A DNA stretch of 64,000 nucleotides. It comes from Octopus sinensis. Its lineage: Eukaryota. The translations under genes were made by a program, and so were the position numbers. Under the pieces are notes generated by a model, which worked only from the letters and a program-made list of their open reading frames with translations, was not told where the DNA came from and searched no databases. The stretch is taken from positions 7,440,001-7,504,000 of the forward strand of contig NC_043011.1 in the NCBI RefSeq assembly GCF_006345805.1, given 5' to 3'. Position 1 is the first letter of the stretch. Each line of letters starts with the position of its first letter. This document shows positions 1 through 11,195 of this stretch, one piece after another.

Positions 1-565
1 TGGAGGTGCTTATCTCCCCTGTTTAAAAACTTAAGGGCACAGAACACTTGTGCCACATAGCGAACTGGAAATGGTGTTTTCTGGGGCTAAATAGCAGTAG
101 TATTCTTCTCTTTCCTGGAATAAAAATATCACTTTCATTAATTTCGTTAGGGACCAATTAACGACCACTGAAAACTGGGCTTGTTTCATAGTCGACAGGT
201 TATAGCTGGGTCCCCCCCCTTCTCAAGCTGACCAAAACTATATTTACCCCAAGCATTATGTCTGTAAATCATTTGTGAGGCATCAAATCAAAACGGGAAG
301 AAAATAGTGCGAAAGGTGTAAACTGCCTCATAATGCTGCCTGGCTTATTGTTGTCGTGGCAACGTTTTGTTCTTATTCAGCCTTTTTTTAAATTTTAAAC
401 TTATTTCAAGTGCTATAAATGTCAATCAATGATTCGGAAACAGGTTTTGTTGTTATAGGCTTCTCTGCAGTTATTTAAAGATCAATTTTAAATTTCTAAA
501 TCAACCTCGTCAAGCTCCCAATATTAATTCAAGGAATAAGGGAGATAAGCACTGGGTCTTCTCAT

Positions 566-876
566 ATACTCTCTCTTTTACTTGTGTCAGTCATTTGACT
601 GTGGCCATGCTGGAGCACCGCCTTTAGTCGAGCAAATCGACCCCAGGACTTATTCTTTGTAAGTCTAGTACTTATTCTATTGGTGTCTCTTGCCGAACTG
701 CTAAGTTACGGGGATGTAAACACACCAGCATCGGTTGTCAAACGATGCTGGTGGCGACAAACACATATACGACAGGCTTCTTTCAGTTTCCGTCTACCAA
801 ATCCACTCACAAGGCTTTGGGTCGGCCCAAGGTGCCACGCAGTGGGACTGAACCCGGAACCATGTGGTTGGTAAAC
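566..876 (-). mobile_element. SINE family A (tRNA head, CORE-like middle), internally deleted copy
   Basis: Reverse complement of the recurring consensus aggagtggctgtgtggtaag...gttcagtcccactgcgtggcaccttgggcaag...ctccagcatggccgcagtcaaatgactgaaacaagtaaaagag, seen more than 12 times in the window. Confidence 0.85.
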
Positions 877-1258
877 ACCTGAAAGACGTTTCTACAAAAC
901 CTATTATAATGATAATTATTTGATACTAAATTGAAACTGACATATACCTGTTCGTTTTCAATACGTTGATAAGATTCGAACGCAAATACATTTATGTTTA
1001 CCTGCAGAAGTGCCCCACCCACCCAACTTTGTTTCCTCATAACTTTCAGAAAAATAGATATTTTACATTGAAACTTTATGTAAATACCTTTCAGACAGAG
1101 TAGCTTCCGATTATATTGGAATGTAAGTCTTTTGGAGGTCTGTACCAGTGCTGGCTCAGATGCAATTGACTCACTCCCTCCCTTAAAAATGCTTGTCTTG
1201 TGTCAAAATTTAAAACTAGAATTATTTTTATAATTTTCTTCGTTTTTTTTTCCCGCAG

Positions 1259-1497
1259 CAAATTTCCATTTAGGCAACGGTGCCGTCTTATGGCGTCTCA
1301 ACTGGTTGGCTGATCTTTCTCCAAGGGGTCTCGGACAATCTTGCAGCATGATGGTCAACTACAGATATTTCTTGGACGAGTCTGAGAAGAACAGCCTCAA
1401 CTATTTAGAATGTCAACAGATCCCAGCTTCCAGTCAAGTAACAGATTTGGTGGCTGATGTGAAGAAAGATTTTTCCACAGACAATGCTCCAGTTTAA
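1259..1497 (+). CDS. MLYCD: Malonyl-CoA decarboxylase, last coding exon
   Basis: Acceptor ttttttttttcccgcag (AG at 1257-1258), phase 1, reading (A)NFHLGNGAVLWRLNWLADLSPRGLGQSCSMMVNYRYFLDESEKNSLNYLECQQIPASSQVTDLVADVKKDFSTDNAPV*. This matches the MLYCD C-terminal motif ANFHLxNGAxLWRxNWxAD...MVNYRY. Upstream exons were not found in the window. Confidence 0.93.
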
Positions 1498-1798
1498 GAC
1501 ACACACACCTACATACATTCAATCACACACAGACACGTGTGTGTGTATTTGATGGAGAATGTAACTTAAAGGTTCCTGAAGAACTCAACTACATAACCAT
1601 AACCTTTCTAGGATTACTGCTTTTATATATATGTATATATATATATATACATGCATGTATATATATATACATGCATGTATATATGTGTGTATATGCATAC
1701 ATAAGTAAACAACAGGTTGTGCAGTGCAGTGTATATATATACATACATACATAGAGAGAGAGTTGGTATATCTGATGTAACAACCTTATACTGTGGAT

Positions 1799-1846
1799 AA
1801 TAAATTAACAAAGGTGTATAGAATCTGACTGAGATGGATTAATAAA
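1799..1846 (+). promoter_or_regulatory. Candidate MLYCD polyadenylation signals
   Basis: AATAAA at 1799-1804 and 1841-1846, about 300 nt after the stop codon. Usage is not demonstrated. Confidence 0.4.
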
Positions 1847-1959
1847 AATAACATCAAAAAATTGATGACCGTTTGAACAAATAAATTGATGACTAAAGCT
1901 GTTCCTTCACTCATCTGTTTGCTTATCAATGCTGTGCATATTAGTTGCTTTGACCCTTT

Positions 1960-2385
1960 ATTTTTTACATTATTTACATTTGACAGATATCTGTCCTCAT
2001 CTTGTTTGTTGTTAACACGTTTCGGCTGATAAACCCTCCAGCCTTCACCAGGTGTCTTGGGGACATTTCGAACCTGAGTTCTCATTCCTAAGGTATTTTT
2101 TGATATTATTATTATTATTATTATTCAGGTCGCTGCCTGGAATCTAACTCGGAATGTTAGAGTTATCCCACACTCTTAACCACTACACCATATGCCCGTG
2201 GGCTACTAACCCCAAGATTCTGAGCTTGATTCCAGGCAGTGACCTAAATAATACTAATATCAAAAAATACCTTAGGAATGAGAACCCAGGTTCGAAATTT
2301 TCACAAGACACCTGATGAAGGCTGGAGGGTATATCAGTCCAATGTAAATAATGTACATAATTCCTCATCTCTTAAATGTAGAACT
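1960..2385. mobile_element. Head-to-head pair of a tRNA-headed element carrying a Penelope-type hammerhead motif
   Basis: Inverted arms at about 1966-2144 and 2229-2355. The minus copy starts GGGCATATGGTGTAGTGGTTAAGAG at 2197 (A box) and has GAGTTAGATTCC (B box). Both copies contain ACAC-CTGRTGA-A-GGCTG...CAG(C/T)C. Confidence 0.7.
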
Positions 2386-2622
2386 TTTATTTCTTGTACA
2401 ATTGCACTTTCGGGATGTAGCCTGGAGGGTTTTTTCGTATTAATCGTTTGGGCTTTGTGAACACATACCAATTGTTTTCATAACATTTTTAACGCCTTGA
2501 ATTAAATGTAACCATTTTGCGTTGAGTCTGCAGTTTGAATCACTTTAACCAAATTTTAGCAGGCCGGATTTTTGATCATCACGATACATCGCCAGCGACT
2601 CCCTGAAACCCCCGTTGAGAAA

Positions 2623-3097
2623 TCTATATATATAAAACTCAACTTGTGTGTCTGTGTGCTTAACTTTTGGATCTACCAAGTTTCATTATTAAGGATGGAA
2701 AGTAGTGTGTAGCAAATCTCTATATATAAAGCTGAAGTTGTCTGTGTGTGGCAGGTTTGGTAGCCTTCAACTAACACTATCTCCTTCGAGAGCCTACAGC
2801 GCAAGTTGACCAAAATTGAGAGTATGATAGAAGATGGCTTGCTCTTCATTCTGTAGAAGATAAAATTCAAATCGGACCATGTTAACCCCAAAAATTATTT
2901 ACATCAAAAAGGTGCTTTTTTTCTCTATAAAAATCCCTATTTTTTACGATTTTTGACTGCTGTGTCACCATTTTTTGGTGTATTTCAACTGGAAAAATGT
3001 TCACTTGAAGAGAATAACAAGCTACATAATGCAAAATTTTTACTTTTCAAAAATCCCAATTCTAAAGGGTCCAAGCAACACCGGGTGATACTGCTAG
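2623..3097 (+). mobile_element. Non-autonomous Helitron
   Basis: A|TC 5' end (2623), degenerate subterminal hairpin ccaagcaacaccggg, CTAG|T 3' end (3094-3097). A second TC-type 5' end sits at 2717. Same family as 36480-37095. Confidence 0.8.
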
Positions 3098-3644
3098 TAT
3101 ATATATACATATATATATACACATATACACACACATATATATTTACATCTATATATATATATATATATACACACACATATGTGTGTGTGCTCTTGTTTCT
3201 GTTTGTTCTCCACCTCCACAGCTTAATAATTGGTGTTGGTGTGTTTACATCTTCCTAAGTAATTTGGCAAAAGAGACTGGTGGAATTAGTAGAAGGCTTA
3301 AAAAAAAATAAATGCTAGGAACGATCAGTTTAACTAAAATTCCTCAAGAGATTGCCTTAGCATAGTCGCTGTCTAATGACTGAAACAAGTAAAAGATAAA
3401 GAGAGAGAGTGTGTGTGTGTGTTAGTCTGCATACATCTCTTGACATCCTGTGATGGTTGTAAACGAGCATCACTGTCATACAGGTGTGGTCGTTCATTTC
3501 CAGTGTTCTGTAAAGAACATGTGTAATCACCTTCGTTGGAAACAGGCAAGGGTTGGCAACAGGAAGGGCGTTCCACCTGTAGAAAATCTGATTCAATGAA
3601 TTCCACTTGACACCATGCAGGCCTGGACAAATGGACATTAAAAT

Positions 3645-3990
3645 GATAAAATATATGCCTCACAGAGAGGATGCCAGGAGACGGAGACTTCTGGCAGTTT
3701 GCTGTGCTTGAGAAGACATGTCAAGCTAAGTAAATATGTGGTTGTCGTAGCAGACAGGCTTGTCCCTGCGTCCCTCTCCAGCCAAGTATTTCTAATCTTG
3801 TGGGTGCTGGGGGCCTTGTAAAAAAGCATCCATGCTGTTGCTGCGTATAAGCACCTAGGACACTCTGTAAAGTGGTTGGCATTAAGGAGGGCATCCTGAT
3901 GTAGAAAACCAGGCCAGAACAGCCCTTCAGCTCCTGTCAAACCGTCCAACCCATGCCAGCATGGAAAGTGGATGTTAACATGACTATGCT
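3645..3990 (+). mobile_element. RTE LINE 3' remnant (ORF end plus 3' UTR)
   Basis: Resembles the end of the RTE ORF at 25857-25930 (LTEEMTxDRxLWxxAVxEKT) and the shared tail ggcattaaggagggcatcc...ccaacccatgccagcatggaaagtggatgttaa. Confidence 0.65.
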
Positions 3991-4617
3991 GATGAAACTT
4001 ACACCATGGGCTTCCATGTGGTTTCTGCCTTCTAAATCCATTCCAAAGGCATCGGCTGGTAAGGAGGCCATAGGAGAGTTCCCTCCACAACCCACCATGC
4101 AGTAGAACGGAAACTAAAACCTCGCGGTTGCTGAATAATCTTGCTAACCACATAACCCGATATGCATGAAAGAAGGTAAAACGAATACGAGTTAAGGGAG
4201 ATAACTGTGAGAGACATGAATACGAACCAGAAATAAAGGCATTAAATATCGTACAAGACATTCGCCCAAAGAGCCCTGTAATGGGACTGAACCTGAAACC
4301 ACATGGTTAGAAAGCGAACTATATTTACTCGTTTCAGTCATTTGACTGTGGCCATGTTGGAGCACCGCCTTTAGTCGAGCAAATCGACCCCAGGCGTGTT
4401 TACGTCCCTGTCACTTAGCGGTTCGGCAAAAGAGTCCGTTAAAATAAGTACTAGGCTTACAAAGTGTAAGCACACATCCAACAGTATTCTTTCAGATTTT
4501 TCTGTTCACCAAATCCATTCACTTAGGCTTTTTAATTGGCCAGGAGCCATATTAGAGGCCACTTGTCCAAAGTTCCCTGCATTTAGGCTAAAACCCTGTG
4601 GCCGGGAAGCTGACAGC

Positions 4618-4670
4618 TTACCCCACAGGACCTTCTGATGAAGGTCTTAGAATTACGTTTATTAGGACAG
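4618..4670 (-). CDS. SKA3: SKA3-like, candidate terminal coding exon 7
   Basis: Acceptor ttctttgttttatcag. Phase 1 matches the exon 6 donor and gives (T)VLINVILRPSSEGPVG* with TAA at 4620-4618. No conserved motif supports it, so this is the least certain exon. Confidence 0.5.
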
Positions 4671-4804
4671 CTGATAAAACAAAGAATTTATTAAAGAGTA
4701 AAAAATATTTTACATTCGTTTTACTTGTTTTTTATATTTTCCTTTTTTTTTTTTCTTGTCTCAAAGTGGGAATTCTTTCTTTGTTCTGGTCCTGCGGCAC
4801 TTAC

Positions 4805-5045
4805 TTTCATAGTTCATATTCAGTTTTGGAGCCTCTGGAATAAAATCCACATCTGCTAAATTTGACAGAAAGCTTTTGGATCCTTTGCGTATTGAGCCTG
4901 GTTCCATACTTATGAAGGTTGTATGAAGCAAAGGAGGGGTCGGTAACTTGAATTCTTCCACATTCTCCAATTTCGGTGTTTCTGGGTTTCGAAGCTCAAC
5001 AGATTTATCATGCTGGCCGGGTTTTGAAGTATGTGACCTCAGAGT
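4805..5045 (-). CDS. SKA3: SKA3-like coding exon 6
   Basis: tttacatttcag acceptor, A|GTAAGT donor, 241 nt, phase 0 to 1. TLRSHTSKPGQHDKSVELRNPETPKLENVEEFKLPTPPLLHTTF...NMNYE has Pro/Thr-rich TP motifs like the SKA3 tail. Confidence 0.85.
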
Positions 5046-5083
5046 CTGAAATGTAAATTAATAGAGAACATAAAATACATAGT

Positions 5084-5494
5084 GCAGGAGTGGCTGTGTG
5101 GTAAGTAGCTTGCTAACCAACCAAATGGTTCCGGGTTCAGTCCCACTGCGTGGCATCTTGGGCAAGTGTCTTCTGCTATAGCCCCGGGCCGACCAATGCC
5201 TTGTGAGTGGCTTTGGTAGACGGAAACTGAAAGAAGCCTGTCGTATATATGTATATATATATATATATGTGTGTGTGTATGTATGTTTGTGTGTCTGTGT
5301 TTGTCCCCCTAGCATTGCTTGACAACCGATGCTGGTGTGTTTACGTCCCCGCCACTTAGCAGTTCGACAAAAGAGACCGATAGAATAAGTACTGGGCTTA
5401 CAAAGAATAAGTGCCGCGGTCAATTTGCTCGACTAAAGGCGGTGCTCCAGCATGGCCGCAGTCGAATGACTGAAACAAGTAAAAGAGTATAAGA
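5084..5494 (+). mobile_element. SINE family A, full length, with internal TA/TG microsatellite
   Basis: A box TGGCTGTGTGG, B box GGTTCAGTCCC, CORE-like ggcatcttgggcaagtgtctt, internal (TA)n(TG)n and a 3' aagtaaaagag tail. Confidence 0.9.
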
Positions 5495-5497
5495 GAC

Positions 5498-5810
5498 CAT
5501 CATCATCATTTAATGTCCTCCTTCCACGGATTGGACGGTTTGACAAGGAACCAGCCAGGTAGAAAACTACACCAGACTTCTGTGTGTTTTGGCATGGTTT
5601 TTACAGCTGGATACCTTTCCTAACATGAACCACCCTCTAGAGTAGACTGAGTGCTTTTTACATGGCACCAGCACAGGTGAGGTCAGTTTTGGTATGGTTC
5701 TTACAGCTGGATGCCCTTCCAAATGCCAGCCACTTTAGAGTGTGGACAGGATGGCTTTTACATGGCACCAGCACTGGTGGGGTCACCAAATAACTTGCAA
5801 GACATAAATA
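5498..5810 (-). mobile_element. Family C element (RTE-type 3' tail ending in (GAT)n), with internal duplication
   Basis: catcatcatttaatgtcc...ggacggtttgac...acagctggatgcccttcc. The core segment occurs twice. Confidence 0.7.
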
Positions 5811-5855
5811 CATACATATATGTGTGTGTGTGTGTGTATATATACACATATATAA

Positions 5856-6085
5856 AGGCGGTGAGCTGGCAGAATCGTTAGCACGCCGGGTGAAATGCTT
5901 AGCGGTATTTCGTCTGTCGTTACGTTCCGAGTTCAAATTCTGCCAAGGTCGACTTTGCCTTTCATCCTTTCGGGGTCGATAAATAAAGTACCAGTTTCGC
6001 ACTGGGGGCGATGTAGTCGACTTAATCCCTTTGCCTGTCCTTATTTGTCCCCTCTATGTTAAGCCCCTTGTGGGCAGTAAAGAAA
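5856..6085 (+). mobile_element. SINE family B (tRNA-like head, gtcgactttgcctttcatcctttcggggtcgataaa domain)
   Basis: ggcggtgagctggcagaatcg...gagttcaaattc...agccccttgtgggcagtaaagaaat. The central block resembles the Meta/Sauria-type SINE domain (recalled). Confidence 0.85.
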
Positions 6086-6531
6086 TACATATATGTGTGT
6101 GTGTGAGTGTGTATACATATATTTGAAGGTGCCTGGCCCAGTGGCTAGGGTGTTGTACTCATGATTAGATTGTAGGTTCGATTCCTGCATTGGGCAGCAC
6201 ATTGTGTTCTTGAGCAAAACACTTTATGTCACATTAACCCTTTTGTTACCATATTTCTTTTGAGATGTTCTGTGTTTCTTTCAATTAATTTTAAATACAA
6301 CAAAGAATTTAGCAAAATAACTTCATTATCATTCAGCTAGTGTTAGGAACATAAATTGTGACTAAGGTTTGGTGGAAGATTTTAATTGAGAACTTATGTA
6401 AACAAAGCATTTGTACTACAGAGCCAGAGGCAGTTTCAGCCGGGTTGGTCTCTAAAGGGTTAAAAAAACCCCAAAAAGCATGAAGGAGGGGGAGCTCTCT
6501 GAGCAAGGACAATGAGGTGAGAGCATCTTAC

Positions 6532-6842
6532 CCGTGTTAAGCTGGGAGGCATTGGTAATTCACCGACAGCAGAGTCTTTTGAGTAATTCACCAAAGTTTT
6601 CCTGTTTCCTAGTTGTGGTGTTGAAGGCATAAAGAACATATCAGAGTCCAGCGACTGCTGTAGGTTACTGTTATTAAGCTGTGGTGGTTCCAAACTCTGT
6701 TCCTTACTGGATGTTTCCTCGTTTATTGGCATCTCCAGCTTCTTACGAATGCTGTGGCTTGGCTTCTCTTCCAAACGGGCTTTCTTTTGGCTTGAATAAC
6801 TCATCACATCAAAGTAATTTGGAGTCTTATACAGCTTGGTAC
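6532..6842 (-). CDS. SKA3: SKA3-like coding exon 5
   Basis: tttgtttctgttgaag acceptor, CGG|GTAAGA donor, 311 nt, phase 1 to 0, open throughout: (G)TKLYKTPNYFDVMSYSSQKKARL...ELPMPPSLTR. Confidence 0.88.
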
Positions 6843-6999
6843 CTTCAACAGAAACAAATAATCACTATTTTTCAGATTTACCTTAAATTAGTCAAATCTA
6901 ATACTTATTTATCCAAATTGTTTTGAATTAATTGTGTTACTTGGACATTTTGATGACATGATTGTTTATTTTTAGAATGACATTGTAGCGGGTTGGCAT

Positions 7000-7238
7000 A
7001 AAAGGCAGAAACGTTAACACGGTGGGCGAAATGCGTAGCCATATTTTGTCTGCCGTTATGTTCTGGGTTCAAATTCTGCCGATGTTGACTTTGCCTTTTT
7101 CCTTTGGGGTGGGGGTGGGGTGGGGTCGATAAATTAAGTACCAGTTACACACTGGGGTCGATATAATCGACTTAATCCATTTGTCTGTCCATATTTATCC
7201 TCTCTCTGTTTAGCCCCTTGCGGGTAGTAAAGAAATAG
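7000..7238 (+). mobile_element. SINE family B, diverged copy
   Basis: Same head, central domain and tail as 5856-6085. Confidence 0.75.
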
Positions 7239-7334
7239 GTATAAGAGGCCAGATGTAGCCAAATTAAACTTAATACAAGCAGAATATTTTGGTTGGATAT
7301 GGCTAGTTTAAATGCTAAAGAGCTAAAACATAGC

Positions 7335-7936
7335 CACAGCATGGATGACTATCAAAGATGGGCAGCATTTGGAAATGAAAAGAGAGAGCTTAAAATTAGT
7401 TTCCTTTGAGCAAGAGCAGAACCTGTGTGCCTCCACAGCTGCACTACATGGATTCTAACAAAGGTGCTGGAAAGAAGAGTGGATGGAACATACACAAGAC
7501 TTCTGAGAGCAGGTCTTAGGGTCAAATGGCAGTTCTTTATGGTTTTGTTCCAAGAGATACCTCACCACTGTAAATAAAAGAAGACAAATTCTGTGGACAC
7601 TGCTTTTTGTAGCAAGGATGAAATACTGATGTAGGAACCAACACACAGAAAGTGACCTACAGGCTTGTCCTTGTAGGACATTTGTTGACCAACAACGCAG
7701 GAGAGGGAGTTCTGGAGAAAAGAGGTTGATGATGTCTGTCTGCAGATGACAGGGAAAGGTAATTAAATCTTGTGAAAGGTAGAAGGTAATTTCTACTCTT
7801 CTCCTCTTCTCCTCTGGAAGCCATCTACTCGCGATACCAGAGGGCACACACTCTCCTACCCTGATGTAATCTCCAGGGATACAGGCATCCAGCAACGTGA
7901 ACTCCGACCACAGTCGAGACAATGATGATGATGATG
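7335..7936 (+). mobile_element. Degenerate RTE LINE 3' portion
   Basis: Translates to ...DGTYTRLLRAGLRVKWQ... and a GHC-like motif with stops and frameshifts, then ends in a (GAT)n tail at about 7920-7936. Confidence 0.65.
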
Positions 7937-7959
7937 TTAACATTGACAATGCTGATGTT

Positions 7960-8620
7960 GGTGCGAATAAGTAAAGCCCATCCTGCTGTCCCTTCCATCA
8001 AGACCCTCCTGCCGGCCCCTTCGTCTGTTCTGCCTTTCTTCAACTATCCCCTCACTCCCTCCCTTTCATCTAAAACAACTATCTGTCCCCTTCGTATTTT
8101 TCTTTTGTCTGCTCTTCTTCTTGTCCCCTTCCTGCCGCAACCCCTTACTGTCTTCTTTACGTAACCTCTCCATCTGTCTCCTTCAGTTATTTTCTTTTGT
8201 CTGGCTGGACACGGGGGGGTTTACTGACTGGACACGGGGCTTACTGGCTTTATTATAAGAGGCAGGGTGGGGTGGGGGAGGTGCTGAGAAGAGGAGATGA
8301 TAAAACAAAACAGGCAGGAAGAAGATAACAAGGGGACAGAAAAAGAAAGTGACTGAAGGAGTCAGTTGGAAGGGACAAGAGAAGGGGGGATAAAGGAGAC
8401 AGGTGGATGTTGCATCAGGAAGGGGACAGCGTTTGTGTGTTGAGAATGCAACTGTGTTCTGTCTTTGAATGCAGTTAATTTCTCTTCAGGTGGTGAAGCA
8501 GCTCTGAAGGTGTTTTAGCCCCCTTTCACCATCACACCAGAGCTGCCGGGGGGTCACCCACTGATGTAGGTGAGAAAACTGCCTGGAAACATCAGGAGTT
8601 TTGTTGAGTCAGATGTGTGG
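7960..8620. mobile_element. Possible Penelope-like remnant with degenerate inverted arms
   Basis: Pyrimidine-rich 8120-8205 is loosely reverse-complementary to 8330-8430. A decayed ctgatg...gaaac motif lies at 8558-8596. Confidence 0.3.
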
Positions 8621-8727
8621 TGACTCTGGGCCAGATGTTTCTATCCTCCTCAAGGCTTCATCTTGCTGTACCGCCTGTCCTCTGTCTCGAACCGGACATA
8701 ATGGTTTGTTTCTTCAGCAGCTTATAC

Positions 8728-8975
8728 TCTTTAGTCTTTTACATGTTTCAGTCATTTGACTGTGGCCATGCTGGAGCAAAGCCTTTAGTTGAGCAAATCG
8801 ACCCCGGGACTTATTCTTTGTAAGCCCAGTACTTATTCTATCGGTCTCTTTTGCCAAACCGCTAAGCGACGGGGACGTAAACACACCAGCATTGGTTGTC
8901 AAGCAATGCTAGGGGGACAAACACATACACACAAACACATACACACACAAACACATATATATATACATATATACG
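8728..8975 (-). mobile_element. SINE family A, 3' half
   Basis: Reverse complement of the family A 3' half. Confidence 0.8.
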
Positions 8976-9365
8976 ACAGGCTTCTTATGACAAGTTTTTG
9001 GCAACATGTTTTCTCTCCTTTGCAGCATTGAGTGACCCTTAGTTCCAGCAAATCCTCTAACACCTGTCTCTACAAGAAAGACCGGGATGATGGTAAAAGG
9101 GGACAATAAAGGAAACAGGTAGGTGTGGGAGATGGAGGAGAGAGACAGAGGGGACAATTATAATTATGCTGTTGTTTAGCTCTCATTCAAGAAATTGTCA
9201 ATCAAAAGGGTTCCATCTGTGACCATCATGCCTTTTATTCAGAGATGGTTCATTTTGGACTGCATCACCAATGTCTCCTTCATTTAAGCCAGTAGGATGT
9301 GATTTGAAATTTGGCTGTTATTTTTAGCAGTCACAAAGACTCACAACAGTTCCTTTATATATATA

Positions 9366-9786
9366 CTAGCAGTATCGCCCGGCGTTGCTCGGGTTTGTAA
9401 GGGAAATAACTATATAAGCATTTTTAGAGAGTTATAGCCAAAAAATAGCAAAAAAGTGCATTAAAAATAGAAAAAATGCATTAAAAATGGAAAAAAAATG
9501 ATGGTAAACTTTTTTAAAAATCGTTGACTCATCGTAGACATTTTTAGAGAGTTACTTCCCTTATATAATAGTGAAAAAATGCATTAAAATGGAAAAAAAT
9601 GATGGTAAATTATTTTTAAAATCGTAGACTCATCGTAGACACGCGCTAATACCCAGAAGGGCTCGATATGAATCACGACTATAAGATACCCGGTTTTGGT
9701 TAAACTGCACCGCAAAATGTGGGAGTAGTTAGGAATCTAAATCGTAGGAGACAGACAGCACACAACCTCTCTTTTATATATACAGA
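9366..9786 (-). mobile_element. Non-autonomous Helitron
   Basis: On the minus strand: A|TCTGTATATATAAAAG 5' end, hairpin cccgagcaacgccggg (9378-9393), CTAG|T 3' end, internal tandem duplications. Confidence 0.85.
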
Positions 9787-10079
9787 TATAAAAATGTGTG
9801 TGTGTTTAGTCATATATATACTCTGCAAGTATGCGATGCTACTCATCCTCCTTATCATTCATTATTCACATGTCATGCTTATATGGATTGGTTATGTCTC
9901 TGTCTGACTGTCTGACTGTCTATGAAGCCACAACAGTCAGTCACCATAGCAACAACCCAGTAAGCGAGGCATGTCTAATAAGAACTGGAGCGAATAATCT
10001 GCGGTTGGACTGAACGATATTCCTGATGACATCAAGACTTATGGAGATGAGGGAGGGAGAGAGAGAGGGGGGAGGGAGG

Positions 10080-10085
<6 letters not shown>

Positions 10086-10141
<56 letters not shown>
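10086..10141 (+). repeat. (GA)n microsatellite
   Basis: Pure GA run. Confidence 0.95.
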
Positions 10142-10142
<1 letters not shown>

Positions 10143-10227
10143 TCTGAAATCATGTGTGTTTCAAAGTGTGTAAATGAGAAAGGCAGATTAGCTACTACTA
10201 CTACATCATCACCACCACCACCACCAC

Positions 10228-10750
10228 CATCATCATCATCATCGTTTAACGTCTGCTTTCCATGCTGGCATGGGTTGGACGGTTTGACTGAGGACTGGTG
10301 AGCCAGAAGGCAGTACTAGTCTCCAATCTGATCTGGCAGAGTTTCTACACTGGATGCCCTTCCTAACGCCAACCACTCTGAGAGTGTAGTGGGTGCTTTT
10401 ACGTGCCACCGGCACGAGGGCCAGTCATGCAGTTCTGGCAATGACCACACTCAAAAGGTGTTTTTCACATGCTACCTTCGTGGGAGCCAGTCCGGTGGCA
10501 CTAGGAACAACCACGCTCGAATGTTGTTTTTCACGTGCCACTGGCATATGTACCGGTAAAGCGACGCTGGCAACAATCATGCTCGAATGGTGCATTTTAT
10601 GTGCCACCGGCATGGAAGCCAGTCCGTGGCCCTGGTAATGATCATGCTCGGATGTGCTTTTAATGTTCCACTAGCACGAGGGACAATCAGATGGTCATTG
10701 GCCACGTCAGTGATTTTGATTCAATTTCACTTGCCTCAATAGGTCTTCGC
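10228..10750 (-). mobile_element. Family C / RTE 3' UTR copy with repeated gtgccaccggcac sub-units
   Basis: (CAT)n tail on +, ggatgcccttcctaacgccaaccact core, several sub-repeats of about 65 nt. Confidence 0.8.
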
Positions 10751-10961
10751 AAGCAAAGTTAATTGTCCAATGAATGAGGGATACTCATAAGTGGGCTGGT
10801 TAGATAAGTAAACACATACACTTATCTATACGTATCATCATCACATATATATCTAACTATACATGCACACACACACACACACACATACACACACAAACAT
10901 ATAAATTCACACACATACATACATACGCATATATGTAGAGACAGAAATATGTAGACAGAAG

Positions 10962-11195
10962 TGGTGAGCTGGAAGAAACGTTAGGATGCCGGGCGAAATG
11001 CTTAGTGGTATTTCGTCTGCTGTTACGTTCTGAGTTCAAATTATGCCAAGATCAACTTTGCCTTTCATCCTTTCGGGGTCGATAAATTAAGTACCAATTA
11101 CGCACTGGGGTCGATGTAATCAACTTAATCCTTTTGTCTGTCATCGTTTGTCCCCTTTATGTTTAGCCCCTTGTGGGCAATAAAGAAATAAGATA
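10962..11195 (+). mobile_element. SINE family B
   Basis: Full consensus match. Confidence 0.85.

Noticed and set aside
3638-4261. 207-aa ORF
   Set aside because: It is an antisense read-through of RTE and SINE remnants.
4628-4650. ctgatgaaggtc as a third hammerhead
   Set aside because: There is no stem II closure followed by GAAA. It is a simple gaccttc/gaaggtc hairpin on the antisense strand of the candidate SKA3 exon 7.
5084-6085. SINE heads (families A, B, D) as functional tRNA genes
   Set aside because: A and B boxes are present, but there is no complete cloverleaf and they run straight into SINE bodies.
8558-8596. Hammerhead in the possible Penelope remnant
   Set aside because: The core reads CUGAUGU and stem II pairs poorly; too decayed to call.
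9967-9976. p53 response element AGGCATGTCT
   Set aside because: A single half-site with no adjacent partner; expected by chance.
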